This document shows positions 47,346-56,132 of a stretch of 64,000 bases of DNA, piece after piece. Below the pieces are notes generated by a model that had not been told where the DNA came from, made no database searches, and saw only the letters and a program-made list of their open reading frames with translations. A program made the position numbers and the translations under genes. The stretch's first letter is position 1, and each line of letters starts with the position of its first letter. Where the stretch lies: NCBI GenBank assembly GCA_963833285.1, contig CAWHXM010000005.1, positions 675,448-739,447 on the forward strand, read 5' to 3'. Source of the DNA: an uncultured Chloroflexia bacterium (GTDB taxonomy: Bacteria > Chloroflexota > Limnocylindria > Limnocylindrales > CSP1-4).

Positions 47346-47510
47346 ATGCTGAAGGACCTCACGATGAGGGAAGTCGAGGTCGGCGCTTGCGGCTCATGCA
47401 TGGAGGCCCGCGGCTACACCGACGCCGACCTCGCCGAGGGCATCTGTCGCTCGTCGATGGTGCAACTCGCCGAATGGACGCTGGCGGCCGACAAGGTGGT
47501 CACGTTCTGA
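47346..47510 (+). pseudogene. YchN/DsrE-family protein, C-terminal half only
   Basis: VEVGACGSCMEARGY...MVQLAEWTLAADKVVTF aligns with the E. coli YchN C-terminus (KLCKTCTDGRGI...LVELAQWTLSADKVLTF). The frame is closed by a TGA at 47319. Only 78 nt separate it from the uppS start, so the N-terminal roughly 60 aa are absent. Confidence 0.5.
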
Positions 47511-47662
47511 CGGGCCTCTGGTTGGTCACGGCGTGGCTGTGCCGCGTCAACCTCCCGGTTGCGAGCTCGACGACGGGCGTCTCCCCAAGCGCCGGACCAG
47601 CGTCGCATTGGACAAGTGCGAATGAGTCGAGCGGCAGGTCCACGCGACGGCACGCCTCCGGG

Positions 47663-47926
47663 CTATGCCTTCGGACGACGCCGGAGTCGGCGGACGAGGA
47701 GCGTCATGCCCACGCTCATGAGGACGCTCATGACGACGGGAGCCCACATCGGCGGCTGGCCGGCCCTCCCGCGCCGCATCGCCTCCACATCGAGGAAGAT
47801 GCTCTTGCACTCAGGACAGCGGTAGGCACCACCCCGTCCCCGTCGTCCGACAGGTGCCATCGACGTCCCGTCCTTCGGGCACGCCATCCCGCTTCGAGCC
47901 TCGTCCGTCATCGTCTCTTCGATCAT
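47663..47926 (-). CDS. Small membrane-anchored zinc-ribbon protein (zf-TFIIB-like)
   Basis: CPKDGTSM...YRCPECKSIFLD is a C4 ribbon, followed by a TM helix (MWAPVVMSVLMSVGMTLLV) and an RRLRRRPK tail. Confidence 0.55.
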   Translation of the reverse strand: MIEETMTDEARSGMACPKDGTSMAPVGRRGRGGAYRCPECKSIFLDVEAMRRGRAGQPPMWAPVVMSVLMSVGMTLLVRRLRRRPKA

Positions 47927-48019
47927 CGCTCCACCCCTTCCGACGGGTGTCCGTCAGGTCTACCGACCGATTCTCTCACCGGCCGGTAGCGGGGTCGCGG
48001 GAACATCGACCGCCGGGGA

Positions 48020-48230
48020 TCTAGCAGGTCCCCAGGGACGCGTATCGCGACCCCGGATGGCGAGCGCGTCCGGTGGAGGGTCTGCGACCCCGGCATGACG
48101 GTGGACGGTCGACGTCTCGCCCGGCCATGGGCCTCCCCGACGGCCGGCGCCTCGGCGACCTCAAGCCCGGCGATCCGGTCGACCGAGCGACGGTCGTGTC
48201 GACGACCCTCGAGGCCTACTGGGCGAAATG
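48020..48230 (+). pseudogene. Degraded Hint-domain remnant, paralogous to 44105..45040
   Basis: Spread over two plus frames: SPGTRIATPDGERVR / VEGLRP / TVDGRRLAR / GLPDGRRLGDLKPGDPVDRATVVS. Compare the intact ARGTMIATPAGDVAVESLRPGDPVWSVDLAGRRVRA...PIPDGRPVAALRVGDTYDGSVVDV. The catalytic Cys and the central part are missing. Confidence 0.5.
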
Positions 48231-48487
48231 GCATCTGCTGGCCAGCATGCTCCTTGATGGGGACACGATGCCCCGCTGGCCCACCTGTGCTCGACCCGCT
48301 CGCCAGCCGCGCGTGGCATAGCCAAATGGCGTCACAGCGCTCACACGATGGCAACGTCGTCTCTTTCCTGGTTGCGCGGACTACCTTGCCGAACCCACCG
48401 TCAAGGAGTAAACATCTGACACCGGAGGAAGTGCCTGGAGGCGCCAGCCGCAGGGGTCCCGCCGGCGAAAGGCTGGAGGTCCGCTCA

Positions 48488-48913
48488 ATGGTTGCGAGCG
48501 AGCAGACGATCACGGCCGTGCGTGGCGTTCTCGACAAGTTCGCCGCGACCTACTCGGCAAAGGACGAAGTCGGGGTCCTTGGCTGCTTCGACGTCGGCAG
48601 CGACGGCGTGCTCATCGGCACGGGCGCTGACGAGTGGCGAGTCGGGGATGCGGCGGTCCGCGCGCAAGTGGAACGGGACTTCGCTCAAGCGGACTCGCTC
48701 TCGGTGGAGTTCGGCGAACTCCATATCGACGGGACCGATGGAGTCGCCTGGTTCGCCGCGAAGGCAACAGTCCGGGCGAGCGTCGGCGGAGAGCCGTTCG
48801 AATCTGCTCTGCGCTTGACCGGCGTCGTATCTCACCAAGGCGATAGCTGGAGGATCGTCCAGTCACATCTATCGTTCCCTGCCGATGCGCAGGAGCCCGG
48901 ACGGTCATTCTGA
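48488..48913 (+). CDS. SnoaL/NTF2-like fold protein
   Basis: 141 aa. ITAVRGVLDKFAATYSAKDEVGVLGCF...GVAWFAAKATV...LRLTGVVSHQGDSWRIVQSHLS. Confidence 0.65.
   Translation: MVASEQTITAVRGVLDKFAATYSAKDEVGVLGCFDVGSDGVLIGTGADEWRVGDAAVRAQVERDFAQADSLSVEFGELHIDGTDGVAWFAAKATVRASVGGEPFESALRLTGVVSHQGDSWRIVQSHLSFPADAQEPGRSF
48833..48875. repeat. Left copy of a 43-bp direct repeat, inside the 3' end of the SnoaL-like gene
   Basis: caccaaggcgatagctggaggatcgtccagtcacatctatcgt matches 53533-53575 at 40 of 43 positions, with a 25-nt perfect core. The offset is exactly 4,700 bp. Confidence 0.8.
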
Positions 48914-49026
48914 ATGCCAGCTTGTGATCAGGCAGCAGAAGGCAGCCACGGCCGAGGCACGAGGCTCCGATCCCAATCCCACTCGATGGCGAAATCGTAG
49001 TGGGTCTGTAGGCACAGCCTTGGGCG

Positions 49027-49503
49027 TCACCTGGCGGTGCCGGGGCTGGACTTCCGCCTCAGCTCCTCGATGTCCGACAGGTGGGTCTGCTCGTGGCAGG
49101 CCATGTAGCTGGCCTGGCGGAGGATGGTGATCGAGCCGAACTCCGCGTGCCGACCGGTTCGCCAGAGGTCGCGCATCTCGCGGTGCTCAACATGGTCGAG
49201 CTCGTGGCGGGTGGAGCGGCCGTCGTCGTTTCGGAAACGTTCCCGGTCAATGTAGACCCTCGACGCGTCGAGGGAGCCCCGACGGTGTCAATCCCAGGCC
49301 TCGCTCCCAGCCTCTCGCTCGACGAGCTTCCAGGCGCCGAGCAACGGCTCCCAGTTGAGGGCGGGCTGATGGATGTCGATGTCCTCGAGGCGCTCGCCGA
49401 GCACGATCGACGCCCGTCGGAGCCCCGGGGAGAGGGGCTCCTGTTGGAAGTCGGTAAGCGCCTTCCGGGCTTCATCCTTCGCCTGCCGGACGGGCGCCCT
49501 CAT
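49027..49503 (-). pseudogene. Hypothetical protein (DinB-like or HExxH-containing helical protein?) interrupted by an in-frame TGA at 49288-49290
   Basis: Coding-like GC3 runs continuously across the stop: ...LLGAWKLVEREAGSEAWD*HRRGSLDASRVYIDRERF...ILRQASYMACHEQTHLSDIEELRR. The family assignment is tentative. Confidence 0.35.
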
Positions 49504-50046
49504 GAACGACGACGCCGACCCCAGGTCCTCGATGGCCAGCTTCAGATGGTCGTATACCCGTCGATCCACAGACCGCACGATGCGCTTCGGGGCGCCGGTG
49601 GTCAACCGACTGAGGGCCACGGGCGAAGCCGAGTTGCCGCCCGAGACCGCGGAGCGGTGGTGCGATGCGTGGGAGCTCGGCGGCAGTCGCAACCGACGCT
49701 GGCGCGACAAATACGACCGCCCGATAGGCACGCACAACATCCTCCGCGGACCCAGGGAGAGGGCTGCGCAAGCTGAGCACGTTTGTCTCCTTGGACAGCA
49801 TGAAACAAGCCTCGTCTTCAACGCTCTCGGATCCAACACGGCCGGATCGTGCTCGACCAGGTAGGGTCGGAACCGTTGACAGCCGCGAGTTGTTGCAGGA
49901 TGGTAAGGCGGTCAGGCTCGACGCAGACAGGCGGCAGATGCTGTTCGCGGGCCTGGCGTAGTGGGGTCGCTCACGTCTCCCCGACGACGGCTTCCGTCGT
50001 GCAATGGTCCGAGGGCGATGCGCCGACCCCGGAGTAGGGGTGGGCC

Positions 50047-52788
50047 ATGAGCCGCGAGAAGGACGTACGCGATTTCGGCGCGAGCCGGGCCACTCCCGCT
50101 CGAAGGGAGCGGTTGACCGCCTTGGCGGGCGAGGTCTCCGAGCGGTTGCCGGGAAGCCATCGCGTTCGAGTCGAGCAACTCGACTCCACCACCGGTAACC
50201 CGGCGATGCTCATCTCCGATGGTGCGCCGGCTGAGGAAGGCAACTACGTCCTTCGGGCGCTGCAGCACCTCCAGGCCGTCGCACCGGCGCTTGGCCTCGC
50301 CGCCGCGGCGCAGGCACCGGAGTTCGTCGCCGACCCACAGGTCCAAGAAACCAGCAGTCATGCGATGGCCGTGAAGCTTCAGCAGCTGTACAAGGGCATC
50401 CCGGTGTTCCAATCCGCCACGACGGTTCGGTTCACGCCGGACGGTGCCATTGCCGACACTGTCGGCAGCACGGTCAGCATCGAGGGAGACGAACCGGTCG
50501 AGCCGAGCCTATCGGCCACGGAAGCGGTCCTCAAAGCCGCTGAGCAGGTTGCCGAGCCAGATGAGGACGAGCTGGGAGGGGTCGATCAGTTCGGGGAGCC
50601 GATGCGACCCGCCCGGGTCGACCTCGCTGGGTTCACGCCACGTGTTCGGGCCAAGTTTCCGCAGTCGCCCCAACAGTCGACCGTCCTTGAACCGGGACCG
50701 TTCGGCGCCGAGATCAAGGCAAGCCTCATGTGGTTCCCTGTCGCGGAGCGACTTGCCCTCGGTTGGGACGTGATCCTGACCCTGCCGGATCACTCTGAAC
50801 AGTATGAGACGATCGTTGACGCGGGGACCGGTGAGATCCTCTATTGCCACCAGCTGGTCCAATACGTTGCAGCGGTCGGCAATGTCTATCGCGTCGATGG
50901 TGGAAGCTCACGACAGAAGACGAAGTTCCCCCGTCCGGTCAACGACTACGGCCTTCCGAATCCGGCCGTGACACAAGCGAATTGGCGGTGGTGCCAAAAG
51001 TGCCAGGGTCTGTACTTCGCCGGTAACCCAGGTTCGATCTGTCCCGCGGGCGGATCGCACGATCAGACGGGGAGCGGGAACTACTTTCTCGTCCAAGGCG
51101 CGGCGAGCTACCCAGGACAGGCGAACTGGCGATGGTGCCACAAGTGCCAGGGCCTGTACTTCGCCGGTAACCCAGGTTCGATCTGCCCCGCTGGCGGGTC
51201 GCATGACAAGGCTGGCAGCGGGAACTACAGCCTCATCCAGCAATCTCCATTCGGGCCCGGTCAGCATGGTTGGCGCTGGTGCCACAAGTGCCAGGGGCTG
51301 TTCTTTGGGGACAATCCGGGTTCACATTGTCCGGCCGGCGGAGCGCACGACGCCGCAGGGAGCGGCGACTACAGCCTCGTCACGCTCCCTAACGGACTCC
51401 CAGCAGCGTTTCCCGACACCTGGGTCGCGTCGAACAAGACCATCGGGAACTCGACCAACGCGCACCTCAGCGCGGCGGGTGCGACGCTGACGGGCGCCGT
51501 CATCAACAGCGTGCTGACATTTGACCCGACGGATGCTACTGGCGACGACCAGAAGATCCTCAACATCTTCTACTACTGCTGCTATATGCACGACTTCTCG
51601 TACCTGCTCGGGTTTCGGGAAGCGAGTGCGAACTTCCAGACCGACAATCTGGGTCGCGGTGGGTCCCCCGGCGATCCGGTCGATGCCCGCTCCTGGCCGG
51701 GAGCCGTGTTCGGAACAGCCAACATGAGCCGGTCGGTTGATGGCACCAGCCCGATCATGAACATGGGGATGGTGACCAGTACGAACCGCCACACCGCTTT
51801 CGATTCGACCGTGGTGTTCCACGAATTCACCCACGGGATCACGAACCGCCTCGTGGGAGGCGGGTTGAATCAGAACTCGCTCGACTCCATTCAAAGTGGA
51901 GGCATGGGCGAGGGGTGGAGCGATTACATGGCCTGCACGATCAACGATGTTGTCGTGGTCGGCAACTGGGTCGTGAACAACCCCGCAGGGATCCGAGGAT
52001 TTCCGTACGACTCGAACTTTCCTGACGGTTTCGGGGCTCTCGGGACGGGACGCTACACCGAGGTCCACAACATCGGCGAGGTCTGGTGCGCGACGCTGAT
52101 GGAGCTGAACCGGAGGACGAACAAGCATCTCGCCCTGCAGTTGGTGATCGACGCCCTGAAGCTTTCGGCGGCGAACCCGAGCTTCCTCAACATGCGCGAT
52201 CACATCGTCACCGCACTGGAGAACATGCGTCTGTCCGGCAGGCTGAATACGAATCAGCGAAATGGAGCGTGGCAGTCCTTCTGGAGTGTCTTCGCCCGGT
52301 TCGGGATGGGCCCGCAGGCGGCGTCGAACGGCGCCCAGCTCACGGGCATCGTCGGTGATACCACAGTCGGTCAGGACAACTGGCGTTGGTGCAGCAAGTG
52401 CCAGGGCCTGTTCTTCGCCGGCAATCCAGGCTCCAAGTGTCCGGCGGGTGGGTCGCACACCAAGACGGGTAGCGGCAACTACGACATCGTCCACAACTGG
52501 GCCTCCGCGCCCGGTCAGGACGACTGGCGTTGGTGCAAGAAGTGCCAGGGCCTCTTCTTCGCCGGCAATCCGGGCTCCAACTGTCCGGCCGGTGGGTCGC
52601 ACGACAAGACGGGTAGCGGCAACTACAAGTTGATCTTCAACGCGTGGGGATCGTCGGGCCAATACAATTGGCGCTGGTGTCACAAGTGTCAGGGCCTCTT
52701 CTTCGCCGGCAATCCGGGCTCAAAGTGTCCGGCCGGTGGGTCGCACAGCAAGACGGGTAGCGGAAACTACAGCCTCATGCAGCACTGA
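50047..52788 (+). CDS. M36 (fungalysin-like) zinc metallopeptidase with FTP-type propeptide and 3+3 copies of a 48-aa Cys3-His repeat
   Basis: HEFTHGITNRLVGG...GGMGEGWSDYMA equals the M36 HExxH plus downstream Glu motif (fungalysin HEYTHG.SNRLTGG...GGMGEGWSDF). The FTP-like segment is AVKLQQLYKGIPVFQSATTVRF. There is no hydrophobic N-terminal signal. Confidence 0.85.
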   Translation: MSREKDVRDFGASRATPARRERLTALAGEVSERLPGSHRVRVEQLDSTTGNPAMLISDGAPAEEGNYVLRALQHLQAVAPALGLAAAAQAPEFVADPQVQETSSHAMAVKLQQLYKGIPVFQSATTVRFTPDGAIADTVGSTVSIEGDEPVEPSLSATEAVLKAAEQVAEPDEDELGGVDQFGEPMRPARVDLAGFTPRVRAKFPQSPQQSTVLEPGPFGAEIKASLMWFPVAERLALGWDVILTLPDHSEQYETIVDAGTGEILYCHQLVQYVAAVGNVYRVDGGSSRQKTKFPRPVNDYGLPNPAVTQANWRWCQKCQGLYFAGNPGSICPAGGSHDQTGSGNYFLVQGAASYPGQANWRWCHKCQGLYFAGNPGSICPAGGSHDKAGSGNYSLIQQSPFGPGQHGWRWCHKCQGLFFGDNPGSHCPAGGAHDAAGSGDYSLVTLPNGLPAAFPDTWVASNKTIGNSTNAHLSAAGATLTGAVINSVLTFDPTDATGDDQKILNIFYYCCYMHDFSYLLGFREASANFQTDNLGRGGSPGDPVDARSWPGAVFGTANMSRSVDGTSPIMNMGMVTSTNRHTAFDSTVVFHEFTHGITNRLVGGGLNQNSLDSIQSGGMGEGWSDYMACTINDVVVVGNWVVNNPAGIRGFPYDSNFPDGFGALGTGRYTEVHNIGEVWCATLMELNRRTNKHLALQLVIDALKLSAANPSFLNMRDHIVTALENMRLSGRLNTNQRNGAWQSFWSVFARFGMGPQAASNGAQLTGIVGDTTVGQDNWRWCSKCQGLFFAGNPGSKCPAGGSHTKTGSGNYDIVHNWASAPGQDDWRWCKKCQGLFFAGNPGSNCPAGGSHDKTGSGNYKLIFNAWGSSGQYNWRWCHKCQGLFFAGNPGSKCPAGGSHSKTGSGNYSLMQH
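50980..51380 (+). repeat. Three tandem in-frame 144-nt (48-aa) repeats encoding WRWCxKCQGL[FY]FxxNPGSxCPAGGxHDxxGSG[ND]Y
   Basis: Units start at 50980, 51124 and 51268, an exact 144-nt period. Units 1 and 2 are near-identical at the DNA level. Confidence 0.9.
52378..52785 (+). repeat. Three more tandem 144-nt copies of the same repeat, at the C-terminus of the M36 protein
   Basis: Units start at 52378, 52522 and 52666. The last unit runs to the stop codon. Confidence 0.9.
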
Positions 52789-53169
52789 GGCGGCCGCACC
52801 CGGCTCAGCATGGCGAGCCCAACGGGCCAACAGGTCTCCTCGCGGGCGACATGAATCGATCCAGGCATCCTCGCGAAAACGGATCGAGCCACCTGACGAC
52901 CGCCCAGACATGTCGCACCAGGGCAACGTCGTGTCGCGACGGAGACGATCGAACTAGCCGACGAACTCGACGACCGGGACCCGAACCGTGCAGGGTTCGA
53001 GGAATGACCCGCCACTTCGGGAGGCTGCTCGATGCCACGGAGCAATCTTGCGTTGCGCCGGCACCGATCTTCCTGACCGCGCCATTGCCCTGATCGGCCG
53101 TCGCGGCCACCGATCTACATGTGCCACCGAGTTCCGTTTCGAGTTGGCACCACGGGGACCCTTGACCCA

Positions 53170-53199
53170 TTGACGCTGCGCGCGGGCCGCTCCTACGGT
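53170..53199 (+). promoter_or_regulatory. Candidate promoter TTGACG-N18-TACGGT upstream of flp
   Basis: The hexamers were read directly and lie 55 nt upstream of the flp ATG. There is no other support. Confidence 0.25.
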
Positions 53200-53253
53200 C
53201 AAGCCGCCCTCGGCGCGCCGGGGAGCCTGACGGAAAGGAGGTGTTCACCGCAC

Positions 53254-53427
53254 ATGACGTCAAGCTATCTTGCAATCATCGGATTCTTCGGTCGGGATGA
53301 TGAGGGCCAGGGCCTCGCGGAGTACGCGCTGATCCTCTCGCTCATCGCCATCGTCGCTATCTTCGCCCTGGCTTTTCTGGGCACCAATGTCAGCAACCTC
53401 CTGAGCACCGTCGGCAACTCGGTGTAG
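53254..53427 (+). CDS. flp: Flp family type IVb pilin
   Basis: MTSSYLAIIGFFGRDDEGQGLAEYALILSLIAIVAIFALAFLG contains the Flp motif G/xxEYxL followed by a hydrophobic helix. 57 aa. AAAGGAGG lies upstream. Confidence 0.75.
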   Translation: MTSSYLAIIGFFGRDDEGQGLAEYALILSLIAIVAIFALAFLGTNVSNLLSTVGNSV

Positions 53428-53450
53428 TCCCGAGCCCGTTCCGACAAGGC

Positions 53451-53487
53451 AATAGACCACCGGGTCGGGGGGACCCGGTGGTCTATT
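53451..53487 (+). terminator. Perfect 16-bp stem hairpin AATAGACCACCGGGTC-ggggg-GACCCGGTGGTCTATT
   Basis: Read directly, 24 nt after the flp stop. The T-tract is weak (TATTCGTT). Confidence 0.55.
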
Positions 53488-53532
53488 CGTTCCGGGAAGA
53501 GTCTCGAGGAAACGAGGCCGCCCTCCACGCGC

Positions 53533-53575
53533 CACCAAGGCGACGGCTGGAGGATCGTCCAGTCACATCTGTCGT
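53533..53575. repeat. Right copy of the 43-bp direct repeat, an orphan duplicate of the SnoaL gene 3' end
   Basis: caccaaggcgacggctggaggatcgtccagtcacatctgtcgt would encode HQGDGWRIVQSHLS, compared with HQGDSWRIVQSHLS in the intact gene. No gene body precedes it. Confidence 0.8.
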
Positions 53576-53672
53576 ATCGCCTCCTGTTCAAGACGGAGGA
53601 TCAACTCCAGGATCGCATCGGCGGCCTCGGGCGCTGATCCCATGTCCCTTAGTCTCGTTGCGGTGGCCTGGC

Positions 53673-55313
<1,641 letters not shown>

Positions 55314-55381
55314 TCAGGGTTGGGCGTCGCTCCCCGGCGTCGGGGGTAGGGCAAGCCGGGGGGTCAAGGCGGGGCTCGGGG

Positions 55382-55747
55382 TCAGCTCGTGACCACGGCG
55401 AGAATGTCCTTGTGGCTGATGATCATCAGGTCTTCGCCGCCGATCTTGAATTCCGTGCCGGCGTACTTGGCGTAGAGGACCCTGTCGCCCTTCCCGAGGT
55501 CCATGTGTTCGCGCTTGCCGTCGTCGAGGATGCGACCTGGCCCGACGGCGATGATCATCCCTTCCTGGGGCTTTTCCTTGGCTGTGTCCGGGATCAGGAT
55601 GCCGCTCTTCGTCGTCTCCTCGCCGGGAGTGGGCCGAACGACAACCCGGTCGCCCAGTGGGCGCAGCTTCTTGGCGGTTGATGCGGCAACGGCGCCTCCA
55701 CTCGACTTCGCGGCGCGGATGGGTCTGGTTTTGGTGGCGGTGGCCAA
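55382..55747 (-). CDS. groES: Co-chaperonin GroES with a roughly 25-aa N-terminal extension (TTG start)
   Basis: [46 protein letters not shown]...[14 protein letters not shown]. The only start with an SD is the TTG at 55747, 8 nt after AGGAGGA. There is no ATG or GTG closer to the conserved core. Confidence 0.85.
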   Translation of the reverse strand: MATATKTRPIRAAKSSGGAVAASTAKKLRPLGDRVVVRPTPGEETTKSGILIPDTAKEKPQEGMIIAVGPGRILDDGKREHMDLGKGDRVLYAKYAGTEFKIGGEDLMIISHKDILAVVTS

Positions 55748-56132
55748 GGGATGGATCCTCCTAGGGGACGTCCTGCGGATGGGCACGGGGCCTGCGGCCG
55801 ACCCGGACTTCAGCCGTGCGCCGCAGGTCCGGCGAGGGAGTGGGCCACAACTCGTGGTGGACGCCGTGCAGCAGTTGCGCAATCGCGCGAGCCCCACCAA
55901 CACCGCGCCATGGCCCACCACCTCGAGTGGCGGCCGCGATAGGGTGACCTGCCCGGTTTGGGTTGCCATCCATGCGACAGGCCGGAGGAGTTGACCGCGG
56001 GGTGCCGATCGGTGGCGCCGAGGCGCACTGATCGTGGCCCGCGACGCCCATCGTGTAGTCCTTTCGGTCCGGCAGAGAGCGCTTTCGGACGCAAGGTCAA
56101 TCACGTCTGCGAAACCGTCCCAATCATATGGT

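Larger units (their letters stand above)
48876..53532. other. Lower-GC (about 55-60%) 4.7-kb insertion-like segment bounded by the 43-bp direct repeats
   Basis: Sampled 60-nt blocks give about 55% GC, against about 68% in flanking genes. Contents are one interrupted ORF, the M36-repeat protease and an flp gene. No recombinase gene was recognised. Confidence 0.4.

Noticed and set aside
47923-48537. A 204-aa minus-strand ORF whose stop overlaps the zinc-ribbon gene start (ATGA), suggesting translational coupling.
   Set aside because: The translation is Arg/Pro-rich with no motif. It is antisense to the SnoaL gene start and to the Hint-domain remnant, whose plus-frame GC3 (about 83-90%) is higher than that of this ORF (about 74%).
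49288-49290. In-frame TGA as a possible selenocysteine codon.
   Set aside because: No SECIS-like hairpin is evident immediately downstream, and there is no Cys/redox motif context (AWD-x-HRRG). A TGG-to-TGA substitution is the simpler explanation.
50980-52785. Regularly spaced nucleotide repeats that could be mistaken for a CRISPR-like or satellite array.
   Set aside because: The period is exactly 144 nt, in frame and inside one ORF. The units encode a conserved peptide and there are no unique spacers. This is a protein repeat, not a CRISPR array.
48876-53532. Integrase, transposase or relaxase genes that would make the direct-repeat-bounded segment a bona fide mobile element.
   Set aside because: None of the ORFs in any frame shows recombinase motifs, so the segment is reported only as insertion-like.
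55748-56132. Expected CIRCE (HrcA) or HAIR (HspR) operator upstream of groES.
   Set aside because: No inverted repeat resembling either consensus was found by eye. The absence is reported as an observation, not as a feature.
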